A stretch of 61,007 bases of DNA from an uncultured Candidatus Saccharibacteria bacterium. GTDB lineage: Bacteria; Patescibacteriota; Minisyncoccia; Minisyncoccales; MHMH01. A model generated the notes under the pieces. The model was not told where the DNA came from, made no database searches, and worked only from the letters and a program-made list of their open reading frames with translations. The translations under genes were made by a program, and so were the position numbers. The stretch spans positions 1 to 61,007 of the forward strand of contig CAZMQW010000005.1 of the NCBI GenBank assembly GCA_964568775.1. Direction: 5' to 3'. Positions 8,880 through 16,431 of this stretch are shown here, piece by piece; position 1 is the first letter of the stretch, and every line of letters begins with the position of its first letter.

Positions 8880-9668
8880 TTATCTTCGGTGCATCCTTCG
8901 ACGCATTCTCAGCCGGTCAAGGGAACCGGCTTCTTCCTCGCGGATAGTGTTTCCCGTCAAAGCCAGGAACGCATCCTCCAAAGAAGCGGTCTTGGTGCTA
9001 TATTTGAGTTCGGCGGGCGTACCCGTAGCGATAATCTTGCCGTGGTCGATAATGGCAATCCTTTGAGCGATCTTTTCCGCTTCCTCCATGTAATGGGTGG
9101 TGAAAAAAATCGTCATCCCTTCTTTCTCGTTCAAATTCTTAATGTGGCTCCAAATATGGCTTCTCGTCTGGGGGTCGAGGCCGAGCGTCGGTTCGTCCAA
9201 AAAAAGTATCTTGGGATGATGAATCAATCCCCTGGCGACCTCGAGCCGCCGCTTCATGCCTCCGGAAAATTTCTTGACCAGTTCGTCTCTCCTCTCCCAA
9301 AGTTCAACGAACTTCAGCAACTGTTCTATTCTTTCCCGGCGAATCTGCTTGGGCACCCTGTAAAGTACGCCGTGAAATTCCATGTTCTCGCGAGCGGTCA
9401 GCTCATCGTCCAGACTTTGGTCTTGAAAAACTATACCGAAAGAACGACGCACCTCGTTCTTTTCCTTGGCTACGTCGCTCCCGTTCAAATTAATTGACCC
9501 GGCGCTGGGACGCAAAAGCGTAATCAACATTTTGATAGTAGTAGTCTTGCCAGCACCGTTCGGTCCCAAAAAACCGAAAATCTCCCCTTTCTTTACCTTG
9601 AAGGATATGTTGTCAACCGCAATGAATCCATTGAACTTTTTCGTTAAATTCTTAACTTCTATCATCAA
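8880..9668 (-). CDS. ABC exporter ATP-binding subunit (DrrA-like)
   Basis: GPNGAGKTT, FSGGMKRR, ILFLDEPT. Confidence 0.92.
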   Translation of the reverse strand: MMIEVKNLTKKFNGFIAVDNISFKVKKGEIFGFLGPNGAGKTTTIKMLITLLRPSAGSINLNGSDVAKEKNEVRRSFGIVFQDQSLDDELTARENMEFHGVLYRVPKQIRRERIEQLLKFVELWERRDELVKKFSGGMKRRLEVARGLIHHPKILFLDEPTLGLDPQTRSHIWSHIKNLNEKEGMTIFFTTHYMEEAEKIAQRIAIIDHGKIIATGTPAELKYSTKTASLEDAFLALTGNTIREEEAGSLDRLRMRRRMHRR

Positions 9669-9781
9669 GTTTTTAATTTATTAAAAACGCAGGTGGAAAA
9701 GATGGTTTATCTTCTTTGACTATAACGCTATTTTACCAAAAAACCGCCCTATTGGCGACTTTCTGAACATAATGCTGGCAT

Positions 9782-9864
9782 CCTCGGTCTAGAACCAGGG
9801 TTTCAAGGGGAATTTCGGGGTTTTAGAGGGTGTCTCAATAACGCGTCTAGGTCGGGGTATTTTT
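9782..9864. repeat. Repeat family copy D (left arm + core, no right arm)
   Basis: CCTCGGTCTAGAACC..GGGTTTCAAGGGG then core GTGTCTCAATAACGCGTCTAGGTCGGGG (9830-9857; 23/28 to copy B). Confidence 0.75.
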
Positions 9865-9882
9865 GTATTATATCAAAATAAA

Positions 9883-9914
9883 AAGGAGTTTAGAAATTTC
9901 CTTCTAAACTCCTT
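9883..9914 (-). terminator. Intrinsic terminator of 9922..10548
   Basis: Perfect 13-bp stem AAGGAGTTTAGAA/TTCTAAACTCCTT with T-rich tail on minus strand. Confidence 0.75.
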
Positions 9915-9921
9915 AAAACGG

Positions 9922-10548
9922 CTATTCCCGATCTTGTATTGTGGAGAGTATTAATTCCTCTATTTCCACTATTCGGCCAAGCTCAAGTGCCACATTATAG
10001 AGATGTTCTCGAGATTGAACCCAACCCTTTACGGTCTCGCCCAAGTGTTTCCAGATTTCTTCTAGTTCTGTTTTCGTCATGTCGACAATCGTGATTAAGT
10101 CTGATTCTTGAATGTCCACCGTTTCGGCTTTCTCATAACCCCGGCGCTTATATCTTACTTCGCCTTTAAAAGTGACTTCTACCAAAACCCAAAGAGCATT
10201 TCTGGTAAGACCCCAGATGTACATTTTGCCATCAGGAATAGAACCCTCGCCGGGAGCACCGCGGAAACCGCTATCCGGAATTCTCTGAATACCAGAGTAA
10301 GGGCGGTCGAAAATGCCCTGAGTTTTGAGAGAAAACCTCTCATCTCCTATTAGAGTCGGGCTATCAAAGCGCAACTCGTGACTAAAAGTCTCTGTTCTCA
10401 AACACTTTAGATCACCTAGCTCAGATAAGGTAAATGAATTAAGGTGCGGTTTGATGAGTGAGTGGCGAGCCTCTATTAGTTGGTGCCACTCTCCAGCTGT
10501 TAGTGGTTTCTTTCGAGCTAACAATTCTAGTCCTTCGGTATTGGGCAT
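9922..10548 (-). CDS. Hypothetical protein (cassette gene between copies A and D)
   Basis: 208-aa ORF with AAGGAGG SD, TTGACA-16-TAAATT promoter-like site and own terminator. Confidence 0.75.
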   Translation of the reverse strand: MPNTEGLELLARKKPLTAGEWHQLIEARHSLIKPHLNSFTLSELGDLKCLRTETFSHELRFDSPTLIGDERFSLKTQGIFDRPYSGIQRIPDSGFRGAPGEGSIPDGKMYIWGLTRNALWVLVEVTFKGEVRYKRRGYEKAETVDIQESDLITIVDMTKTELEEIWKHLGETVKGWVQSREHLYNVALELGRIVEIEELILSTIQDRE

Positions 10549-10634
10549 ACCCTCAACCTCCTTTTTTTATTTCTGAAAGGCGTACCCTTCAGATATTATA
10601 ATTTAGCACTTACATTTTTTATGTCAACTTCGGT

Positions 10635-10694
10635 GTGTGCCACTGATCCAACTCGGTCAGGGATTTTTAAGCTAAAATGGGACAAATGGGACAC
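10635..10694. repeat. Repeat family copy A (core + right arm, 60 bp)
   Basis: GTGTGCCACTGATCCAACTCGGTCAGGGATTTTTAAGCTAAAATGGGACAAATGGGACAC; extra TGGGACAC box at 10714-10721. Confidence 0.85.
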
Positions 10695-10818
10695 AGAAAG
10701 GGGGTGTACCATTTGGGACACTGTAGTGTGCCATTATAAAAGAAAAACCGCCTCAACTAATTTAATAGTATATTGGCGGAAGTAATTAGTCTACTCGGTT
10801 TCTTAATAGTGTCAGCTC

Positions 10819-11124
10819 CTACCAAGAATCTCTACCGAATCTTTCAGGGTGATTTTTGATAAAGAAGATTACCCTGACAAGAGCCAGTAGGAAAAGAGCG
10901 TCTCCTATCCCCATTACTAAGTAATGAAGAATATTGAAATGGAGCCCTTCTTCAGCTGACATAACCCCGAAGAATTGTAGAGTATAGCTCGGGCCAATTA
11001 TTATAAGAGCTAAACACCCTATACTTAGCACCCACTCCACTACTTGGTCTGCGAATAACAGAAAGGGCTGAACTCTACCATACACTAAGAAGTTATCGAG
11101 CTTCCAGTATAACCATTCAAACAT
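10819..11124 (-). CDS. Hypothetical membrane protein
   Basis: 101 aa, two hydrophobic helices, AAAGGAGG SD. Confidence 0.7.
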   Translation of the reverse strand: MFEWLYWKLDNFLVYGRVQPFLLFADQVVEWVLSIGCLALIIIGPSYTLQFFGVMSAEEGLHFNILHYLVMGIGDALFLLALVRVIFFIKNHPERFGRDSW

Positions 11125-11135
11125 CTTTTCCTCCT

Positions 11136-11477
11136 TTATTTCTCGAAAATATAATGTCGCCCCTCGAACGGGTCAGCACCTTTTTCGTTAAAAACGATGC
11201 CGTGTTTCTTACAGAAGTGGCGAAGAAGATTGAGAAAACCTTCTTCTTTGGAAGCGTCAATAGTCACACTGATGCACCATCGCCGTCCGTACGAACCGAA
11301 ATCAACATTGCCGCCGGTTTCTTTTGTATACATTATCGGCAGAAATAGATCTCCGACATCAACGTGTAATTCCTCTTCTATCTTTTTCTTGATATCATCT
11401 GGGTCACCCTGCTCTGGCAACATTATCTTTATTGATAAGGTCTTCTGATAAATAACCATCCCTTTATTATTCGACAT
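11136..11477 (-). CDS. Hypothetical protein
   Basis: 113 aa, AAAGGAGG SD, upstream TTGATT-16-TAAAGT promoter-like site. Confidence 0.7.
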   Translation of the reverse strand: MSNNKGMVIYQKTLSIKIMLPEQGDPDDIKKKIEEELHVDVGDLFLPIMYTKETGGNVDFGSYGRRWCISVTIDASKEEGFLNLLRHFCKKHGIVFNEKGADPFEGRHYIFEK

Positions 11478-11564
11478 CTTTTGTGCTACCTCCTTTATTT
11501 AGTATTCTCTACTTTACCACTCTTTAAATAAAAATCAAGCCCATCTCGGGCTCGAAAATTATAC

Positions 11565-11624
11565 GTGTCCCACTGACCCGTCTCGGTCGGGGCTTTTATT
11601 CGGGAAATGGGACAAATGGGACAC
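11565..11624. repeat. Repeat family copy B (core + right arm, 60 bp, terminal inverted GTGTCCCA/TGGGACAC)
   Basis: GTGTCCCACTGACCCGTCTCGGTCGGGGCTTTTATTCGGGAAATGGGACAAATGGGACAC. Confidence 0.85.
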
Positions 11625-11636
11625 TGGCTATAATTT

Positions 11637-11861
11637 TTATTCTCCTTGTGATCTGGCTTCTGGCTCTTCCAGTGACTCATCTTTATATCCTCCAAGCACG
11701 CTGCCACAATTCTCACAATGAATTAATATCACCGGATGAACGTCGGTACCCTCCCCGTGTTCTGAAGTCATAATCTGTAAACCATAAGGCAACCCATAAA
11801 TTTTATTTTCTGCTCCGCAGTGTGGACATTTAATTTTATTTTTCATAATACTTATATTCAC
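11637..11861 (-). CDS. Small zinc-ribbon protein (probable start MKNKIKC at 11849)
   Basis: CPHC...CENC pair in 70-74 aa. Confidence 0.65.
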   Translation of the reverse strand: MNISIMKNKIKCPHCGAENKIYGLPYGLQIMTSEHGEGTDVHPVILIHCENCGSVLGGYKDESLEEPEARSQGE

Positions 11862-11930
11862 CGCTTATTTTTAATTAATTCTTCGACTTTTTAGAGGCGG
11901 CTCGGTCGCCCAGAACTGCGCTCAAGGTGG

Positions 11931-12046
11931 CTGTGTACCTCAGTTCTGAACCCCGGTTTTAAAGGGGTTTTTGGGCGGTTTTGGACGTGTCCCACTTAGG
12001 TGTCTCAGTCGGGGCTTTTTAAGCTAAAATGGGACAAATGGGACAC
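11931..12046. repeat. Repeat family copy C (left arm + core + right arm; the only complete copy)
   Basis: Left arm 11931-11986 aligns to D and E; 60-bp unit 11987-12046 GTGTCCCACTTAGGTGTCTCAGTCGGGGCTTTTTAAGCTAAAATGGGACAAATGGGACAC; extra CTCGGTCGCCC box at 11901. Confidence 0.85.
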
Positions 12047-12112
12047 GAATTAGAGATATTTTCGATGTCTCGTTTTTCGTCTAAATCTATAAATAGAACT
12101 AGAAGTCCTCTT

Positions 12113-12826
12113 TTAGAAACAACAGTCATCAAGAGTCGGCCTAGCATCTGAACAGGTGTAATTTCCCTTATGAGAAGCAGTATGCCATTCCCCGCCTTCG
12201 AGGGTAGCATAGATACAAAATTTTTGATCATCACTAGTATTATCAACCCAAACATAAGGAGTTTTAGTGTCTTCCAAAGGATCAATTGGGACATCCATCA
12301 TATAAGAACCAATGGATGAGGGCCAAGTTTTGCCATCGCTTTGATAATAACACCAATCTCCTCCACCATAATATATCTCTTGAGCGGTAACTATCATTCG
12401 CATATCAGACTTTCTTGTGACGTCTCGAACCATTATCTTCGCTTTCTCCTGTTGCACTATGACTTCGGCCATAGTCCAAATTATACTCTCCATCTCTATC
12501 TTCAATCCTTCTAATTCCGCTTCGGTCATTGCAATGGGTTCTTCTTTGACTGTCCTTTGCCATATTTCATTTTTCAACTCTTCTTTTTCATCTTCTGTGA
12601 TCTTAAACTCTATACCCTCCTTTTCCGCCTTTTCTTCCACTTTTTTTATTAACATTTCCATCATTTCTGTCGCTACTTGGGTTGGCGCTATCAAACCATT
12701 TTCTCTTTCAATTTCTAATGTTTCACCTTCTTCTTCTCCCAGATATTGCCAAATAAAATATCCTCCGCCAATAAGAATAACCAGTATAATTATAATTCCG
12801 ATTGTAGAAAAAGATTTGTTATTCAT
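12113..12826 (-). CDS. Membrane-anchored protein with C-terminal type IV pilin/GspG-like globular domain
   Basis: N-terminal TM after KSFS; RDVTRKSDMRMIVTAQEIYY, VPIDP and FCIYATLE resemble CPR pilin motifs; Cys-rich end. Confidence 0.65.
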   Translation of the reverse strand: MNNKSFSTIGIIIILVILIGGGYFIWQYLGEEEGETLEIERENGLIAPTQVATEMMEMLIKKVEEKAEKEGIEFKITEDEKEELKNEIWQRTVKEEPIAMTEAELEGLKIEMESIIWTMAEVIVQQEKAKIMVRDVTRKSDMRMIVTAQEIYYGGGDWCYYQSDGKTWPSSIGSYMMDVPIDPLEDTKTPYVWVDNTSDDQKFCIYATLEGGEWHTASHKGNYTCSDARPTLDDCCF

Positions 12827-12926
12827 AATAACCTTATGTTAATAATCTTTCCTTATTATAACATATGTGATGCGTTTCGGTCGCCCTGGCCAGATATGCA
12901 TCTCGGTCACCTGACTTAGTATATGA

Positions 12927-13000
12927 TGGCTGCGGGGCTAGGACTCGAACCTAGATACACAGATCCAAAATCTGTTGTCCTACCGTTAGACGACCCCGCA
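12927..13000 (-). tRNA. tRNA-Gln (TTG), copy 2, encoded CCA
   Basis: Cloverleaf with anticodon arm ACAGA-TTTTGGA-TCTGT, T arm CTAGG-TTCGAGT-CCTAG, G73-CCA. Confidence 0.95.
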
Positions 13001-13017
13001 ATACAGGTTATTTTACC

Positions 13018-14133
13018 TTATTTTTCCTCTTTTGACAACGCTTCCACAATAGCCAATTCCAAAGGCAATTGAGGAATTGAGGAATACTTCATTTTATTCT
13101 CCGCTTCCAGAAAAAGTTTTATAATACGCTGCAAATCCTGTTCGGTAAAATCAGCCACCTGGGCTTGCAGTTTTTCCTGCTCTTCCTTGGTTAGGCCGAC
13201 GATAACCGGATTGGCCGGGTTAGCCTCTATTTTCAGAATCAAACCCTGTCTCAGGTAATAAATTAAAGCTTTGGTGAATTCCTGAACATCCTTGCCTTTT
13301 TCCAGTGTTTTGTTCAGAAAATCAATGGCTTCGCCGGCTTTTTTTTGGCAAATAAAATCATAGAATTCGCTAATTAATTTTGTATCAACCATACCCAGCA
13401 AGTCCTTAATGGCTTCAGCTTTAATCGGCTCTTTAGTATTACCAGAAAAAGTCAGCGCCTGGTCAAGCAGACCTTCAGCATCCCTAATGGCCCCGCCGGA
13501 ACTGAGAGCAATCAGCTCCAGGGCCGGTTTTTCAATCTTCACCTCTTCTTTTTTAACCAGATATTCTAAGCGGCTGACGATTTCCACCAACGTCAGTTTA
13601 CGGAAATCAAACCGCTGGCAGCGGGAAATAATAGTAGGAATCATTTTGTGGATTTCGGTGGTGGCTAAAATGAAAATGGCATGGGCTGGCGGCTCTTCCA
13701 AAGTTTTTAATAAAGCGTTGGCTGCTTCTTTGGTCAACTGGTGGGATTCGTCAATAATAAAAACCTTGTATTTTGACCTGGCCGGTGAAAAACGAATCCC
13801 CTCTCTCAACTCCCTGATCTCATCAACTCCCCGATTGGAAGCAGCGTCAATTTCAATCAGATCAATAGACCTGCCTTCGTTGATTTCTAAACAGGAGATG
13901 CATTTGTTACAGGGCTCAAACTCATTCTCTTTACGGTTCTCGCAGTTAACTGCTTTGGCCAAAAGACGGGCCATAGAGGTTTTACCGCAGCCCCGCGGTC
14001 CGGAAAACAAATAAGCGTGGGAAATCATCCCCGAGCTCAAAGCATTGGTCAAAGTCTGCACCACGTGCTCCTGGCCGGTAATCTCGGAAAAGCTCTTGGG
14101 CCGGTATTTACGATATAAAACTAAATTAGCCAT
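13018..14133 (-). CDS. dnaX: DNA polymerase III subunit gamma/tau (short form)
   Basis: LYRKYRP, GPRGCGKTS, Zn cysteines, IDAAS, DESH, SRCQ. Confidence 0.97.
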   Translation of the reverse strand: MANLVLYRKYRPKSFSEITGQEHVVQTLTNALSSGMISHAYLFSGPRGCGKTSMARLLAKAVNCENRKENEFEPCNKCISCLEINEGRSIDLIEIDAASNRGVDEIRELREGIRFSPARSKYKVFIIDESHQLTKEAANALLKTLEEPPAHAIFILATTEIHKMIPTIISRCQRFDFRKLTLVEIVSRLEYLVKKEEVKIEKPALELIALSSGGAIRDAEGLLDQALTFSGNTKEPIKAEAIKDLLGMVDTKLISEFYDFICQKKAGEAIDFLNKTLEKGKDVQEFTKALIYYLRQGLILKIEANPANPVIVGLTKEEQEKLQAQVADFTEQDLQRIIKLFLEAENKMKYSSIPQLPLELAIVEALSKEEK

Positions 14134-14174
14134 AATTATCGTATTTTATCAAATATGGTAGAATAAATAAAGTT

Positions 14175-15557
14175 ATGCTCAAACTCTATAACACTCTAAC
14201 AAGGAAAAAGGAAACCTTCAAACCGAGGAAAGGCAAATTGGTGGAGTTTTTCGTTTGCGGTCCCACGGTCTACGATACCAGCCACATCGGGCACGCGAGA
14301 ACCTATCTGGCTTTTGACATGATAACCAAGTATTTGAGGGAAAAAGAATACGACGTTTTTTATCTGCAGAACATAACCGATATTGACGACAAAATCATAA
14401 AAAGAGCCAAAGAAAAAAAGACCAAACCCAAAGCCTTGGCTCTCAAATACGAAAAAGAATATTTAAGGGATATGAAAGCCCTGAAAGTGGACGGGGTGAC
14501 CAAGTACGCCAGGGCCACTGACCACATCAAAGAAATAATAAATCAGGTCAAAAGACTGAAAGCCAAAGGTTTCGCCTACCAGATGAAAGAGGGCATCTAT
14601 TACAACATCAAAAAGTTCAAAAACTACGGTAAGTTATCTGGAAGAAAAGCCTCCCAGGCCGAAGACGCCGTTTCCAGGATAGACGAAAGTAGGCAGAAAA
14701 AGAACAAAGGCGATTTCTGTTTGTGGAAGCTTTCCAAACCCGGCGAACCAAAATGGCCCTCGCCTTTTGGCTGGGGCAGGCCTGGCTGGCATATTGAAGA
14801 CACGGCCATTGCCGAGAAATTCTTCGGCCAACAGTATGACGTGCACGGGGGCGCCAAGGACCTGATCTTTCCCCACCACGAGGCGGAAATAGCCCAGATG
14901 GAAGCCATCTCAAACAAGAGGCCGATGGTTAAATATTGGCTACACACCGGCTTTCTGACCGTTAACGGACGGAAAATGGCCAAATCCCTGGGCAACTTCA
15001 TCACCATCAAAGACTTTATTAATAGGCACGGCGCCAGGATACTCAGATTCATGGTGCTGAAAACCAATTACCGCTCCCCCATCGATTACAACGAGTTCAG
15101 CGTAACCCAGGCCAAAAGAGAACTGGCCCGGGTGGATGAATTTATTGATAAACTGAAATCAATCAAATCCCAGTCAAACAAAAAAGGCTTTGTCTTAAAA
15201 TACAAGAGAGAATTTGAAAAAGCCATGGCCGACGACTTTAATACGCCTCAAGCCATGGCTGTTACTTTCGAGCTAATTAATAAAGGCAATTCTTTAATCA
15301 ACGAAGGTAATCTTACTAAAAATGACTCTCAAGAAATATTAAAGTTCTTTCAAGGAATAGACCGTTTTTTCAACTTCATTTTCTGGCCAAAAATGAAACA
15401 AGTTGTACCGAAAAAGATCATTGACTTAATCAAACAAAGAGAAAAATACAGGCGACAGAACAACTGGCAAAAGGCTGATGAAATAAGAAAAGAAATCACT
15501 AACCTGGGCTGGTGGGTTGAGGATACTAAAAAAGGCTCCAAACTAAAGAAGGTTTGA
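14175..15557 (+). CDS. cysS: Cysteine--tRNA ligase
   Basis: CGPTVYDTSHIGHAR, GRPGWHIE, FPHHEAE, KMAKS. Confidence 0.97.
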   Translation: MLKLYNTLTRKKETFKPRKGKLVEFFVCGPTVYDTSHIGHARTYLAFDMITKYLREKEYDVFYLQNITDIDDKIIKRAKEKKTKPKALALKYEKEYLRDMKALKVDGVTKYARATDHIKEIINQVKRLKAKGFAYQMKEGIYYNIKKFKNYGKLSGRKASQAEDAVSRIDESRQKKNKGDFCLWKLSKPGEPKWPSPFGWGRPGWHIEDTAIAEKFFGQQYDVHGGAKDLIFPHHEAEIAQMEAISNKRPMVKYWLHTGFLTVNGRKMAKSLGNFITIKDFINRHGARILRFMVLKTNYRSPIDYNEFSVTQAKRELARVDEFIDKLKSIKSQSNKKGFVLKYKREFEKAMADDFNTPQAMAVTFELINKGNSLINEGNLTKNDSQEILKFFQGIDRFFNFIFWPKMKQVVPKKIIDLIKQREKYRRQNNWQKADEIRKEITNLGWWVEDTKKGSKLKKV

Positions 15558-15575
15558 AAACTTAAGCTGTAAAAT

Positions 15576-15615
15576 AAAAGGAGACGCTTCTCGTTAAAGA
15601 AACGTCTCTTTTTTT
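15576..15615. terminator. Bidirectional terminator between cysS and the XRE gene
   Basis: AAAAGGAGACG...CGTCTCTTTTTTT hairpin between convergent genes. Confidence 0.65.
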
Positions 15616-15626
15616 GAAGCATCAAC

Positions 15627-15974
15627 TCATTCTTGCGGACTAACGAATTCCTCTAGAACGACGATTACTTTTTCCGGTAACACTTCCGGATACTTTCGCT
15701 CCATATACTCCCGGAATGGCGGCAAGCTATCTTCTTCGGTAATATCAGTTTTGATATGCTCAGCCATATAGAGAATTGTACAGAGTGAAGTGCCACTAAA
15801 TTTAGCCAATTCGTAGCAATGCTTCACGTTGGGTTTATCTTCTCCGGAGAGCCAGCGAAGGACAGTGGCATGGCTAACACCGATCTTCTTAGCTAGATGA
15901 TTAGGTTTCATCTTGTATCTAGCAAGTAATCCGGTCAAAAATGCTACTATTCTTTCATGTCTCATTATTATCAC
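15627..15974 (-). CDS. XRE-family helix-turn-helix protein
   Basis: LAKKIGVSHATVLRWLSGEDKP HTH; GAGGAGGTG SD. Confidence 0.85.
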   Translation of the reverse strand: MIIMRHERIVAFLTGLLARYKMKPNHLAKKIGVSHATVLRWLSGEDKPNVKHCYELAKFSGTSLCTILYMAEHIKTDITEEDSLPPFREYMERKYPEVLPEKVIVVLEEFVSPQE

Positions 15975-16003
15975 CTCCTCACTTAATATTTTTAAGCATA
16001 CCT

Positions 16004-16032
16004 ATTATACATTCCTATTAAGAATTTGTCAA
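16004..16032 (-). promoter_or_regulatory. Consensus sigma70 promoter for the XRE gene
   Basis: TTGACA-17 nt-TATAAT on the minus strand, overlapping the end of the upstream ORF. Confidence 0.75.
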
Positions 16033-16362
16033 TAACGAACCTTTTTTGCGCATTTTTTTCTTCTGGGAATGATATTTCTTTCTCTTGATTCTTTTTTCTT
16101 TTATGTATCGGGGAATTCTTGTTGCAATCCTCTTTTTTTTGGGCTGACGAAGCTTAAGTAATCTTTCTTTAAGAATCCGGAAGGCTATTTTCTTGTTCTG
16201 GGCTTGAGAAGTTATCCGGTCAACTCTAACTATAATGCCCGAGGGCAGATGATGCATCCTAACCCCTGTTTTTTTTCTGTCTCTTCTCTGTCCGCCCGGC
16301 CCGGTCGAGGTGGAATAATAGATTTTAGTCTGTTTCTCCAGATTCTTGAAACTATGATTCAT
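16018..16362 (-). CDS. ArfB/YaeJ-like peptidyl-tRNA hydrolase (release-factor GGQ domain)
   Basis: STGPGGQ motif, HHLPSGIIV, SQAQNK, highly basic C-terminal tail. Confidence 0.8.
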   Translation of the reverse strand: MNHSFKNLEKQTKIYYSTSTGPGGQRRDRKKTGVRMHHLPSGIIVRVDRITSQAQNKKIAFRILKERLLKLRQPKKKRIATRIPRYIKEKRIKRKKYHSQKKKMRKKGSLLTNS

Positions 16363-16431
16363 TGATAGATTTTATCAAAAGGCATTCAACTTGCCAACCC
16401 AATAACAGCGTGGTAAGTTAAAATATAGTCT

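Noticed and set aside
8214-9497. 427-aa plus-strand ORF
   Set aside because: Antisense shadow of the ABC ATPase and permease genes with no recognisable motifs. The same applies to 13409..14014, 25256..26032, 35269..35922, 43726..44328 and the other short overlapping ORFs.
9782-12046. Repeats as a CRISPR array or integron attC sites
   Set aside because: Spacing is 360-930 bp and contains whole genes, there are no cas genes or integron integrase, and the attC RYYYAAC/GTTRRRY ends are absent.
1551-12926. Prophage or insertion sequence as the cargo block
   Set aside because: No integrase, transposase, terminase, capsid or replication genes are recognisable in it.
13018-14133. Programmed gamma/tau frameshift in dnaX
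   Set aside because: The gene ends after the collar domain and is followed within 17 nt by tRNA-Gln, leaving no room for a tau extension.
15627-16362. ArfB-like gene + XRE gene as a toxin-antitoxin pair
   Set aside because: The upstream protein has a normal GGQ rescue-factor signature, and the XRE gene has its own promoter; nothing supports toxicity.
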